Source of the DNA: an uncultured Spirochaetota bacterium
GTDB lineage: Bacteria; Spirochaetota; Spirochaetia; SZUA-6; CAVTHK01
Length of the DNA: 64,000 bases
Assembly (NCBI GenBank): GCA_963734495.1
Contig: CAVTHK010000005.1
Location: forward strand, 96,001-160,000
Direction: 5' to 3'
The position numbers and the translations under genes were made by a program. Below the pieces are notes generated by a model that saw only the letters and a list, made by a program, of their open reading frames with translations, ran no database searches and was not told the origin of the DNA. Of the stretch, positions 18,621-28,803 are shown piece by piece; the stretch's first letter is position 1, and every line of letters begins with the position of its first letter.

Positions 18621-21026
18621 CTAGAACAGCCACAGCTGCCTCGCCCCGTCGAAGAGGTGCTCGATGTCGGTCCCGAAGGCCTCCACGAAGATCGAGGCGA
18701 TCGGCTTGAGCTGCCGCTCGATGTAGTGCTCGTAGTCCAGGGCCCCCGTGCGGCGGTCCGCGGGCTCGGGCCCCTTGGCCGTCATGACGTAGCTCACAAA
18801 AGCGCCCGGCTCCTCGTCGCCCATCTGCGCCGCGGCCCTCACGTGGGGCGGCACCGCGGAGGTGTAGGAGGCGACGGGCTTGCGCAGCCTCTTCCGGTAG
18901 ACGAGCTCGTCGTCGAGCTCGCCCGCCCGCATCTTCTTGACGATCCCGGCGACGAGCTCGCGCGCCTCCTCCGCGCCCCGGCCCTGGAACAGCAGGTCGA
19001 GCAGCGTGACCTGGAACCGCCTCGCGAGCGGGGTCCAGTCGGTGCGGGCCGCTTCCATTCCCTTGACCTCGACCCGACCCTCGTCGCTCCCCGAACCGAT
19101 GCGGCCCGCGTAGCCTTTGGCGCGGCCGCGGGCCGTGGGGCCGCCGCGCACCCGCGGGAGGAAGAAGTGGCTGTAGAACCTGTCGAGCTCGAGCTCGAGA
19201 CGCGAATCGACGGCGTAGCGCATGCGGCAGTAGCGGCCGAGCTCCGTGTTGACCAGGCGCAGCACCTCGTCGGCGGACAGGCTCGCCCGCTCCGAGGTCA
19301 CGAACAGCGAATCGGTATCGCCGTAGAGGACGCGCAGCCCGTGGCGCTGCAGGAGGTCGCGGCACCAGCCGAGGAGGTGCTGGCCGAGGCTCGTGACCGC
19401 TCCCGCCAGGGGCGCCCCCGCGAAGCGGCAGCCGCTCGCGCCGAGCACTCCGTAAAAGGAGTTCATGAGGATCTTGTAGACGTAGGACGCGATCTCGTCT
19501 CCGCGCTTCTGCGCCGCGGCCCGGCTGGCGAAGAACCGATCGAGCAGCTCGGGCAGGACCCCCGGCTCCCTGCGGAAGCAAGCGCCGTTCGGCGCGCAGA
19601 TCAGGCCGGGGGCGGCGGGATGGGCGCTCGCCGCCGGCGCCGCACCCGCATACGAGAGAGGATCGATATTGAAGGTGCGCATGACCGACGGGTAGAGGCT
19701 TCGGAAATCGAAGACCAGCACGTCGCGGTGCAGGCCCGGAACCGGATCGAGGATCGCGCCGCCGGGCGCGGTGCCCTCCGGCAGCGCATCGACGCCGCGC
19801 GTCGGGGCGACGCGGCCGCGGCCGTGGAGGGCCTCGATGTAGAGGTGCTCGAACGTCGAGATGCTGGTCCAGGCGCGATCGAGCGACACGCCCGTGAGCT
19901 CGCAGCGCCGCAGCGTCAGGTCGTACAGCCCGGTCCGCTCGAGGATGCGCAGGACCAGCTCCGCGTCGCGCAGGCAGTACAGGCAGAAGGCGCGCGGGTC
20001 TTCGCGCGCCGTCCGCTCGAGCGCGTCGATGCGCCGCTCGCCGGGCGCGGGCGCGAGCGATTTGCCTTCGCCGAGCACCGCCTGCGCGACCGTCTCCAGC
20101 GTGTAGTCCTCGTAGCGCTCGCCCGAGCCGCGCACGAAGCGCGCGGCGTCCCAGACCTGGCGGCCGCGGACCAGGACGCGGCCCGCAAGCGCCCGCCCCT
20201 CTGCCATCCTGAGGCGCTCCAGGTAGACGGCCGCCTCGTCCGAGCGGCCGAGGTCCACGGGAACGCCGCAGGCGCGGAAGCGCCGGATCAGGACCGCCAT
20301 GTCGAAGTCGACGACGTTCCATCCGGTGATCACGTCGGGATCCAGGGCGAGCAGCCTCTCGCGCAGGGCGGCGAGAAGCGCGCGCTCGTCAGGGAACGCG
20401 CGCACCGGCGGCTCGTCGGGGAGATCGCCCGCGAACAGCACTTCGCGCGCCGCGACCTCGCCGCCGGGGGCGCGGACCACCAGACCCGCGGCGCGGACCT
20501 GGCTCGTCCGCACGTCGGTCTCGATGTCGAGCGAGCAGACCGCCAGGCCGGGGTGCCAGTCGTCGGGAGCCGCATCGGGGTTGTGGTACACGCGAGCCAC
20601 GCGGCGGCCGGGCCGCCACGAGCCTTCGATGCGCACGGCTGCGTGGATCCGACGCTCGAGGCGCCAGGCATCCTCGGGCCTCAGGTCCGCCTCGTAGGTC
20701 CGCACGCCGGCCGCGGCCAGCCCGGCGGCGGCCCTGCTGCGCTCCGCGGTCGAGGCCCAGCTGAAGCGGTAGCACGGCTCACCGCCGAAGGTCAGGTAAG
20801 TGCTTTCGTGCCAGCGGCCGTCGCCGGCCGCGGCGATCGCCCGCTCGCGCTCGCTCCGCGGGACGAAGAAGCCGGGCCGCTCGCGGTCGTCGACCACGGC
20901 GAACGTGGCGCCGTCGCGCAGCCTGCCGATGAGGCACATCTCCGTGCGCGAAGAGCCTTCGGCCGGCGGCGCCGACCGCCTGAGGTCCCTGCAGAAGCTG
21001 TCGACGATGAAGCCGACGTCGGCCAC
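18621..21026 (-). CDS. polB: DNA polymerase II (family B)
   Basis: Exonuclease motifs SLDIET, ITGWNVVDFD, YCLRDA; polymerase motifs DFRSLYPS, KILMNSFYG, YGDTDS; GTG start 6 nt after TATGCT. Confidence 0.92.
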   Translation of the reverse strand: MADVGFIVDSFCRDLRRSAPPAEGSSRTEMCLIGRLRDGATFAVVDDRERPGFFVPRSERERAIAAAGDGRWHESTYLTFGGEPCYRFSWASTAERSRAAAGLAAAGVRTYEADLRPEDAWRLERRIHAAVRIEGSWRPGRRVARVYHNPDAAPDDWHPGLAVCSLDIETDVRTSQVRAAGLVVRAPGGEVAAREVLFAGDLPDEPPVRAFPDERALLAALRERLLALDPDVITGWNVVDFDMAVLIRRFRACGVPVDLGRSDEAAVYLERLRMAEGRALAGRVLVRGRQVWDAARFVRGSGERYEDYTLETVAQAVLGEGKSLAPAPGERRIDALERTAREDPRAFCLYCLRDAELVLRILERTGLYDLTLRRCELTGVSLDRAWTSISTFEHLYIEALHGRGRVAPTRGVDALPEGTAPGGAILDPVPGLHRDVLVFDFRSLYPSVMRTFNIDPLSYAGAAPAASAHPAAPGLICAPNGACFRREPGVLPELLDRFFASRAAAQKRGDEIASYVYKILMNSFYGVLGASGCRFAGAPLAGAVTSLGQHLLGWCRDLLQRHGLRVLYGDTDSLFVTSERASLSADEVLRLVNTELGRYCRMRYAVDSRLELELDRFYSHFFLPRVRGGPTARGRAKGYAGRIGSGSDEGRVEVKGMEAARTDWTPLARRFQVTLLDLLFQGRGAEEARELVAGIVKKMRAGELDDELVYRKRLRKPVASYTSAVPPHVRAAAQMGDEEPGAFVSYVMTAKGPEPADRRTGALDYEHYIERQLKPIASIFVEAFGTDIEHLFDGARQLWLF

Positions 21027-21078
21027 GGCTCGAGCATAATGCGCGGGAACCCCCGCCGTCGACCGCGGCGTCGGACCT

Positions 21079-21825
21079 CTAGAACACGCCGAAGAGCTTG
21101 AGAGCGCTCGCCACGACGGCGGCCGCGATGATCCAGCGGATCGCCGCCTGCCCGCGCTTGAGCGCGAACCGCACGCCGAGCATCGCGCCCGCCACGTTGC
21201 CCGCGGCCAGGACCAGGCCGGGGACCCACCTGACTTCGCCATGCCCGATGAACACCAGCAGGGAGACCACGGCAAAGCCGAACGCGACGGCCATCTTGAG
21301 GGCGTTCGTGCGCACCAGGTCATGCCCGAGCCCCCACGTGATCGCGGCGATCAGCAGGAAGCCGACCCCGGCCTGGATGAAGCCGCCGTAGAACCCGATG
21401 GCCACGAAGATGAGGATCATGACCGCGCGCGGGACCCGCGGCGCCGCCTCTTCGCGCCGGGCCGGCTTGATAAAGAGAGTCGCCAGGATGACGAGCAGCA
21501 GCGCGCCGAGGATGGGGTCGAAAACCCGCGCGGGAATGCGGGCTGCGACGAGGGCCCCGGCCAGCGCGCCGAACAGCGAAGGCACCCCGAGCTGCGCGGC
21601 CTCGCGTATCCGCAGCTGCCGCTCGCGGTAGAAGCCCGCGGACGCCGCCAGCGACTGCAGCACGATCGCGACGCGGTTGGTTGCGTTCGCGATCGTCGAC
21701 GGGAGGCCCACGAAGATCAGGGCCGGGATCGTGAGGAGCGATCCGCCGCCCGCGAGCGTGTTGACGAACCCGGCCACGAATCCCGCGGCCAGGAGAAGCG
21801 CGAGCTGCGGAAAACTCATCGGCAT
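21079..21825 (-). CDS. Sulfite exporter TauE/SafE family protein
   Basis: AGFVNTLAGGGSL, ANATNR, GFYGGFIQAGVG. Confidence 0.88.
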   Translation of the reverse strand: MPMSFPQLALLLAAGFVAGFVNTLAGGGSLLTIPALIFVGLPSTIANATNRVAIVLQSLAASAGFYRERQLRIREAAQLGVPSLFGALAGALVAARIPARVFDPILGALLLVILATLFIKPARREEAAPRVPRAVMILIFVAIGFYGGFIQAGVGFLLIAAITWGLGHDLVRTNALKMAVAFGFAVVSLLVFIGHGEVRWVPGLVLAAGNVAGAMLGVRFALKRGQAAIRWIIAAAVVASALKLFGVF

Positions 21826-21918
21826 GGTCGACCTCCTGCACCCAAACGGATGTCCCGATTCCGCGGGGCTGTCAAGCCGCCTTGACAGGCACGGGGCGCT
21901 CCGCTTTGCTGGACCCGC

Positions 21919-23724
21919 GTGAGCACCCTCTGGTTCATCTTCCGCTACGCCCGGGGCTATGTCGTGCCTCTCTTCGTCACGGTGGCGAGCATGCTGCTGC
22001 TCGTCGCCGCCGAGCTGGCGGCGCCGCTGATCGTGCGCGACATGATCGCCGCGGTCCAGGGCGGCCCGTTCGGGCCCGCCGCCGCCGCCCTGCTGGCGCG
22101 CCTCTCGCTGCTCGCGGTCGGGATCTACATCGTGCGGGGGGCGCTGCATTTTCTGCGCAGCTACATGGCGCACGTCGCGGGCTGGGGCGTCGTGGCCGAC
22201 GTGCGCGAGCACCTCTACCGCCACCTGCAGAAGCTCTCGCTCGGCTTCTACGCCGACCGGCAGACCGGGCAGCTGCTGTCGCGCGTGGTCAACGACTCCG
22301 ACCTGTTCGAGCGCCTGATCTCGCACGCGGCCCCCGACATCGCCGTGAACGTGCTCACGCTGGCCGGCGTCAGCATCGTCCTCGCGGTGCTGAACTGGCA
22401 GCTCCTGCTCCTCAGCCTGGTCCCGATCCCGCTTATCCTCCTCGCGATGCGGGTGCTCGCGCGCCGCGTGCGCCCGGCATTCCGCGAGAGACAGCGAGAG
22501 CTCGGAGATCTCAACGCGACTCTCAACGACAACATCTCGGGGATCAGGGAGATCCAGTCGTTCACGCGGGAGGACATCGAGGCACACCGCGTCCGCACGC
22601 ACATCCGCCGCTACCGTGACTCGATGCTGCGGGCGCTGCGCCTGATGGCCACGTTCCAGCCGTTCGTCGAGCTGACGTCCTCGCTGGGCATGGTGCTCCT
22701 CATCTACTTCGGGGGCAGGCTGGCCTGGCAGCACGTGCTGCCCCTCGAGGATCTGGTGGCCTTCTTCCTTTACCTCAACATCTTCTACCAGCCCGTCCGG
22801 GCGCTGGGCGGCGCCTGGGAAGCGTTCCAGGAATCGCTCGCCGGCGCGGACCGCGTGGCGGAGCTGCTGCGCGAAGAGCCCGACATAGCGCAGGCGCCGG
22901 GCGCCGTGGAGCTCGCGGCCGACGCGGCCGGCGAGATCCGTTTCCGGGGCGTCACGTTCCGCTATGCCCGCGGAGACAGCGTGCTGGAGGACATCGACCT
23001 GCACATCCCGGCCCGCAGCGTCACGGCGCTCGTCGGCCCCACGGGGGTCGGCAAGACGACGCTCGTGAGCCTGATCCCGCGGTTCTACGACCCGCAGTGC
23101 GGGTCCATCACCATCGACGGGACGGACGTCCGCGGCTTGCGCCTGCGCAGCCTCAGGCTGAGGATCAGCATCGTGAGCCAGGACGTGTTCCTCTTCCACG
23201 GCACGGTGCGCGACAACATCCTGTTCGGGAGGCCGGACGCGACCGAGGACGAGATCGAGCGGGCCGCGAGAATCGCCAACGCCGAAGAGTTCATCGTGCG
23301 CCTCGCCGACGGGTACGACACGCTGATCGGAGAGCGCGGGGTCAAGCTGTCCGGCGGCCAGAAGCAGAGGCTCGCGATCGCCCGGGCGGTGCTCAAGGAC
23401 GCGCCGATCCTGATCCTCGACGAGGCGACTTCCTCGGTGGACACCGAGACGGAGCTCCTGATCCAGGAGGCGCTCGAACGGCTGATGGCGGACCGCACGG
23501 CGATCGTCATCGCTCACCGGCTCTCCACGATCCGGCACGCGGACCAGATCGTCGTCCTCGAGGGCAGCCGGATCAGTCAGATCGGGACGCACGCGGAGCT
23601 CGTGGCGCGCGAGGGCCTCTACCGCGCCCTCAACCGGGCGAGGACGGCCGGCCGCGGCGGCCGAGCCGCGGCGGCGCGGCGGCGGCGCGCGGCGCGCGCG
23701 CCGCATGCGCGCCCGGGCGTCTGA
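21919..23724 (+). CDS. ABC transporter fused permease/ATP-binding protein (MsbA-like exporter)
   Basis: TMD followed by GPTGVGKTT, LSGGQKQR, ILDEATS, IAHRLST. Confidence 0.92.
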   Translation: MSTLWFIFRYARGYVVPLFVTVASMLLLVAAELAAPLIVRDMIAAVQGGPFGPAAAALLARLSLLAVGIYIVRGALHFLRSYMAHVAGWGVVADVREHLYRHLQKLSLGFYADRQTGQLLSRVVNDSDLFERLISHAAPDIAVNVLTLAGVSIVLAVLNWQLLLLSLVPIPLILLAMRVLARRVRPAFRERQRELGDLNATLNDNISGIREIQSFTREDIEAHRVRTHIRRYRDSMLRALRLMATFQPFVELTSSLGMVLLIYFGGRLAWQHVLPLEDLVAFFLYLNIFYQPVRALGGAWEAFQESLAGADRVAELLREEPDIAQAPGAVELAADAAGEIRFRGVTFRYARGDSVLEDIDLHIPARSVTALVGPTGVGKTTLVSLIPRFYDPQCGSITIDGTDVRGLRLRSLRLRISIVSQDVFLFHGTVRDNILFGRPDATEDEIERAARIANAEEFIVRLADGYDTLIGERGVKLSGGQKQRLAIARAVLKDAPILILDEATSSVDTETELLIQEALERLMADRTAIVIAHRLSTIRHADQIVVLEGSRISQIGTHAELVAREGLYRALNRARTAGRGGRAAAARRRRAARAPHARPGV

Positions 23725-23732
23725 GACGCGTT

Positions 23733-24614
23733 ATGCGGTCAGGCTATCTCCTTGTGCTCGCGGCGTACGCGGTCTGGGGGCTGCTGCCGGTCTACTGGAA
23801 GCAGCTCGGCGGCGTCTCCCCGTCGGAGATCCTGATGCACCGCATCCTCTGGGCGTGCGCCCTGTTCTGGATCGCGATCGCGGTCCGGCGCGGGGGCCGG
23901 GGCGCCCTGGAGACGCTCCGCGAGCCGCGCGTGCTGCGCGCGACCGCGGCCTCGGCCGCCCTCCTCGGCGTGAACTGGCACATCTACGTGTCGGCGGTGG
24001 CGGCGGGCAGGATCGTCGAGGCGAGCCTGGGCTACTACATCACGCCGCTGGTGAGCATCGTGCTGGGCCTGCTGTTCCTGCGCGAGCGGATGACCCGGCT
24101 CCAGGCGGGGGCCGCCGCCATGGCGGCGGCAGCAGTCGTCACTCTCACGGCGGCGCACGGCAGCTTCCCGTGGATCTCGGTGAGCCTGGCCGTGACGTTC
24201 GGGCTGTACGCGCTCGCGAAGAAGACCTCGCCGCTGGACTCGGTGACGGGGCTGGCCCTGGAGTCGCTCTTCCTGCTGCCGCTCGCCGGCGGCTACGTCG
24301 TCACCCTGGCCGCCGCGGGCGGCGGAGCCTTCGGGCGCGACGCCGGCCGCACCGCGCTCCTGGTCGGCGCCGGCGTCGTGACCGCCATCCCGCTGTGGGT
24401 TTTTGCCGAGGGGGCGCAACGGATCCCGCTCAAGACCGTCGGGTTCCTGCAGTACCTGCTTCCGACGCTGATGCTGGTCGTGGGGACCGTGGTCTACGGC
24501 GAGCCATTCGACCGCACGCGGGGTCTCGCCTTTGGCATGATCTGGCTCGCCCTCGGGCTCTACAGCGCGACCCTGGTCGCGCGCCGCGCCCCCGAAGCCG
24601 TCCGCCGCGGGTAG
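23733..24614 (+). CDS. rarD: EamA family transporter RarD
   Basis: AYAVWGLLPVYWK, EILMHRILW, EASLGYYITPLV, GFLQYLLPT. Confidence 0.9.
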   Translation: MRSGYLLVLAAYAVWGLLPVYWKQLGGVSPSEILMHRILWACALFWIAIAVRRGGRGALETLREPRVLRATAASAALLGVNWHIYVSAVAAGRIVEASLGYYITPLVSIVLGLLFLRERMTRLQAGAAAMAAAAVVTLTAAHGSFPWISVSLAVTFGLYALAKKTSPLDSVTGLALESLFLLPLAGGYVVTLAAAGGGAFGRDAGRTALLVGAGVVTAIPLWVFAEGAQRIPLKTVGFLQYLLPTLMLVVGTVVYGEPFDRTRGLAFGMIWLALGLYSATLVARRAPEAVRRG

Positions 24615-24636
24615 AGAGAGCGCCGGCCGCGGCCGA

Positions 24637-25740
24637 TCAGCCGCGCGCGACCCCCGCCGCCACCTTGAGCACCTGGTCGATGTGCGCGCGCGTGATGTGA
24701 CGGTGGGTGACGAAACGCACCCCCGTCGGCGGGAGGCCCGACGCCTTGATCCCGTAGGCCGCGAGCTTCTCCAGGAACACCGCCGCTGGGATCCCGAGCC
24801 CCGAGATATCGGCGCGCACCATGTTCGTCTGCACGGTCTCGAGGTCGACGCGGTAGCCCTTGAGCCCGGCGAGCCCTTCGGCGAGCGTGCGGGCGTTGGC
24901 GTGGTCCTCCGCGAGCCGGTCGACCATCTCGTTGAGCGCGATGATGCCCGCGGCCGCGAGGACGCCCGCCTGCCTCATCCCGCCGCCGAGCCTCTTGCGC
25001 ATGCGGCGGGCCTCGGTCACGAACCCGGTCGAGCCCGCGAGCATCGAGCCCACGGGCGCGCTCAGGCCCTTGGACAGGCAGAACATGACGGAGTCGAAGA
25101 AGACGGTGATCTCGCGGACGTTGACCCCCAGCGCGACCGCGGCGTTGAAGACCCGGGCGCCGTCGAGGTGCATCACGAGCCGACGCTCGTCGGCGAGGGC
25201 GCGAAGGGCGCGCAGGCTGTCCAGGGGCACGACGGTGCCCCCGCCGCGGTTGTGGGTGTTCTCCACGCAGAGCAGGCGCGTCCGCGGGTAGTGGATGTTC
25301 GGCTCGCGCAGCAGGGGCCGCACGTCGTCGGCGCCGAAGATGCCGTTGCGCCCCTGCACGAGGCGGGGCATCAGGCCCGCGATGGCGGCGACGCTCCCGG
25401 CCTCGTAGTAGTACATGTGAGCCTCGGACTCGAGGATGACCTCCTGCCCGTGGCGGCAGTGGACCATCGCCGCGATCAGGTTGCCCATGTGCCCGCTGGG
25501 CACGAAGAGCGCGGCCCGCTTGCCCACCTTTTCCGCGGCCAGGCGCTCCAGCTCGTTGACGGTCGGGTCGGCCTCGTTCACGTCATCGCCCACGACCGCG
25601 TCGCGCATGGCGTCGCGCATGCGCGGCGTCGGCAGCGTATGCGTGTCCGAATAGAGGTCTATGCCTTCCATCTCCTGGTTCAATGGGTGCTCCTCGGGGT
25701 GCTCTTCGCGTTTCGGTCGGGCGGTGCTTCCGGCTTTCAT
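24637..25740 (-). CDS. ltaE: Low-specificity L-threonine aldolase (alternative start 25671)
   Basis: DLYSDT, ENTHN, HLDGAR, CLSKGLSAPVGS (PLP Lys), GGGMRQAG; ATG at 25740 overlaps the uxaC stop. Confidence 0.88.
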   Translation of the reverse strand: MKAGSTARPKREEHPEEHPLNQEMEGIDLYSDTHTLPTPRMRDAMRDAVVGDDVNEADPTVNELERLAAEKVGKRAALFVPSGHMGNLIAAMVHCRHGQEVILESEAHMYYYEAGSVAAIAGLMPRLVQGRNGIFGADDVRPLLREPNIHYPRTRLLCVENTHNRGGGTVVPLDSLRALRALADERRLVMHLDGARVFNAAVALGVNVREITVFFDSVMFCLSKGLSAPVGSMLAGSTGFVTEARRMRKRLGGGMRQAGVLAAAGIIALNEMVDRLAEDHANARTLAEGLAGLKGYRVDLETVQTNMVRADISGLGIPAAVFLEKLAAYGIKASGLPPTGVRFVTHRHITRAHIDQVLKVAAGVARG

Positions 25741-27146
25741 TTCAGGTTGAACCCGAAGAACCGGACCGCATTGTTGTAGCTCACGTCCTGCACGATCCTG
25801 CCGAGCAGACCGATGTCGGCCGGCAGCTCGCCGTGCTCCACGTCGGCGCCGATGAGGTTGCAGAGGATCCTGCGGAAGTACTCGTGGCGCGGGTAAGAGA
25901 GGAAGCTGCGGGAGTCCGTGATCATGCCCACGAACTGCGAGAGCAGCCCCACCTCCGAGAGGATGTTCATCTGCTCTTCCATCCCGCGCCTGGTGTCGTT
26001 GAACCACCACGCCGCGCCGAACTGCATCTTGCCGGGCACCTTGCCGTCCTGGAAATTGCCGACCATGCTGGCGGCCATCGGGAAGTCGCGGGGATTCAGC
26101 GGGTAGATGATGCTCTTGGGGAGCTTTTCCTCCGAGTCCAGCCTGTCGTAGAAGCGGGCGAGCGAGCGGGCCATCTGGAAGTCGCCCATGGAGTCGTAGC
26201 CCGTGTCCGGGCCGAGGCGCTTCGCGCCGCGCGTGTTGGTGTTGCGCAGCGCCCCGAGGTGCAGCTGCATGGTCCAGTTGCGCTCCGCGTTGAGCACCGC
26301 GAACTGGTGCAGCATCGCGCTCTTGAACTTGCGCGTCTCGGCGGGATCGAGGCTCTTGCCGCTGCGGACCTTGTGGAAGATGTAGATGATCTCGCTCTCC
26401 ACGTAGTCGTCGGCGTAGGGCTCCTCGATCCCGTGGTCGGAGAGCCGGCACCCCATGTTGTGGAAGTACTCGTGGCGCTTGCGGACGGCCTCGAGAAAGG
26501 CGGCGTAGTCCTTGATCTCGATGTTGGTGGCCGCCTCGAGCCTGGTCACCCACTCGTTGAACACCTCCGGCCTGTCGACCGCCATGCCCTTGTCGGGGCG
26601 GAAGCCGGGGAGCACCCTGACCGGGAAGGCGGGGTCCTTGCGGATCTCGCTGTGGTGCTCGAGGCTGTCGATCGGGTCGTCCGTGGTGCACACGACCTTG
26701 ACGTTCATCATGGTCATGAGGCCGCGGACCCGGAACTCCTCGCGCTTGAGCGCTTCGTTGCACTGGGCGTAGATGTCCTTGGCGCTGTCCTCGTTCAGGA
26801 GCTTGGCGACCCCGAACGGGTTCCGCAGCTCCATGTGCGTCCAGTGGTAAAGGGGGTTGCGGATCGTGAGCGGAACCACCTTCGCCCACGCCTTGAACTT
26901 CTCGAAGTCGTTCGCGTCCCCCGTGATGAACCGCTCCTGCACGCCGGCCGCGCGCATCGCGCGCCACTTGTAGTGGTCGCCGCCGAGCCAGATCTCGGTC
27001 ATGTTCTTGAACTGACGGTTTTCCGCGATGTCCTTGGGCGACAGGTGGCAGTGGTAGTCGAAGATCGGCATCTTGCGCGCGTACTCGTGGTACAGCCGCC
27101 GCGCCGTCTCGGTGCTCAGCAGGAAATCCTCACCCATGAACTCCAC
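25737..27146 (-). CDS. uxaC: Uronate (glucuronate/galacturonate) isomerase
   Basis: IFDYHCHL, GDHYKWRAMR, NPLYHWTH, GAAWWFND, TDSRSFLSYPRHEYFRR; GAGGAGG RBS before GTG 27146. Confidence 0.95.
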   Translation of the reverse strand: MEFMGEDFLLSTETARRLYHEYARKMPIFDYHCHLSPKDIAENRQFKNMTEIWLGGDHYKWRAMRAAGVQERFITGDANDFEKFKAWAKVVPLTIRNPLYHWTHMELRNPFGVAKLLNEDSAKDIYAQCNEALKREEFRVRGLMTMMNVKVVCTTDDPIDSLEHHSEIRKDPAFPVRVLPGFRPDKGMAVDRPEVFNEWVTRLEAATNIEIKDYAAFLEAVRKRHEYFHNMGCRLSDHGIEEPYADDYVESEIIYIFHKVRSGKSLDPAETRKFKSAMLHQFAVLNAERNWTMQLHLGALRNTNTRGAKRLGPDTGYDSMGDFQMARSLARFYDRLDSEEKLPKSIIYPLNPRDFPMAASMVGNFQDGKVPGKMQFGAAWWFNDTRRGMEEQMNILSEVGLLSQFVGMITDSRSFLSYPRHEYFRRILCNLIGADVEHGELPADIGLLGRIVQDVSYNNAVRFFGFNLK

Positions 27147-27241
27147 GGTCGTCCTCCTCGACGCGCCGCCATCGGGCTTCGGGGCGCCCGGCGTCGTCCC
27201 GACCGGCACTCCAGCCCCGGCCGCCTCCGCCATCCTGTCGC

Positions 27242-28787
27242 TCATGCCTTGCCCACCCCCAGCAGGTCCAGATGCTTCCTGATGTGCCGCTCCACCGACT
27301 TCCAGTAGGCCTCGATGTGGGTTTCGAGCACGCCGTAGATCTTCTTGTTGATCTGCGGGTTGCGCAGCATCTCGCCGTAGGTCACGTGAAGCACCTGGCG
27401 CGTGTCCGAATTGGCCAGCAGCCCCGCCAGATCCTTCAGGCCCTCCGCCTGCGGCACGTTCGCCATGTTCGGCGTGATGTGGTAGTACTTGCGCGCCGCC
27501 GGGAACGTCTCGAGGGCGTACGCGTAGAGCTCGCGGAAGAACGCCGGCTCCTTTTCGCAGATCACTTCGAGCGCCTGCAGCCAGTTGGTGCCGGCGGTCT
27601 TGACGTGGAAATAGCTCTTCGTCTCGCGGCCCACCGTCGGGAAGACCGTGAACTTGTCGCTGCCCGAATGCACGGAGATCCGGTAGCCGAACTGCCTGGC
27701 GATGGCGGCGTGGGTGCGGAAGCTCCTGTCGAACTCCGCGGGATTGCCGATGTAGTCGATGCCCTTCTGGAACTCGCCGATAAAGCGCGGCGCCACCGAG
27801 AACAGCGGGACGCCCCGCGTCTTCATCTCCGTGGCGGCGAACACGTGCGCGGCGGGCATCGTCGGCGTCGCCGTTTCGTCGATGGAGAGCTCGAAATCAA
27901 AGCGCGCCGCGCCGCCGCCCGCGCGCACTCCCGCCCGGTACATCCGCTCCGCGGCATCCAGGGCCTCGAGGTAGACGAGCGCGATGCGCGCCAGGTCCGG
28001 CGCGGGTAAAGCCGATCTTCTCGCCCGTGTCGAGAGCGATCGAGAGCGGCAGGTAGCGGCTCTCGAGCTCGGCCCGCCGGGCGGAAGGGAGCTTCGCGTA
28101 CGCCTCGAGCACCGTCTGCTCGGGCGCGCCGTCGAACTCCTTGTGGATGTGGTCCGAGACGTCGGCGGTGATCATGGAGAAGCCGAGCTTGACGGCCTTC
28201 CTGACCCAGTCGGCGGTCTTGAGGTGGTCCCCGTCGGCGCCCCACGGCCTGCGGAAGCCCTCCTGGAACACCGCCCACGTGGCCGCGTCGAGCACGTCCT
28301 CGTAGGTGCGGCTCGTGAGGTCGAGCTCCCGCACGGACTGCTGCGCGAGCACCGGCGCCGCGGCGCGGCCGGCGACCAGGCGCAGGTGCCCCGGCGACGC
28401 GAGCCCGAGCCGGTCGCCCAGGCCGATGGTCACCGGCTCGCCGCCGAGCCGGCTCGGGCCCGTGAAGGGCAGCAGCTTCCGCAGCCGGTTGGCGTTGCCG
28501 TGATCGAGCGGGCAGAACCGCGCCGCGGCGCCGGCCGCCTTGACGAGGGTCCCGGCGAAGCGCCCGCGATTCGACCCGAAGACGACGAGGCAGGGGTTCG
28601 CCGGCGAGCCGCCGAGCGCGGCCATCACCAGCGTGTCCTGCCCCACCGTCGCGAGCGAATGGGTGAAAAAGAACTCGCCGGCGCTCCCGGCCCCCGCGGC
28701 CGGGATGTTGTTGACCACCACGCCGCGCTCGACGGCGCGCCCGAGCCAGGCGGCGGCTGCCTGCGTGTCGACCTTCTTCATTTTCAC
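27242..28787 (-). CDS. uxaE: Tagaturonate/fructuronate epimerase UxaE (frameshift near 28005)
   Basis: GLGDRLG, AQQSVREL, GADGDH, then in the shifted frame FELSIDET, GEFQKGIDY, HSGSDKF, HVKTAGTNWL. Confidence 0.88.
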
Positions 28788-28803
28788 TTCCGTTCTCTTT
28801 GGC

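Noticed and set aside
18621-21026. Family B polymerase as a sign of a phage, casposon or pipolin
   Set aside because: It looks like cellular DNA pol II; neighbours are housekeeping genes and there are no terminal repeats or integrase
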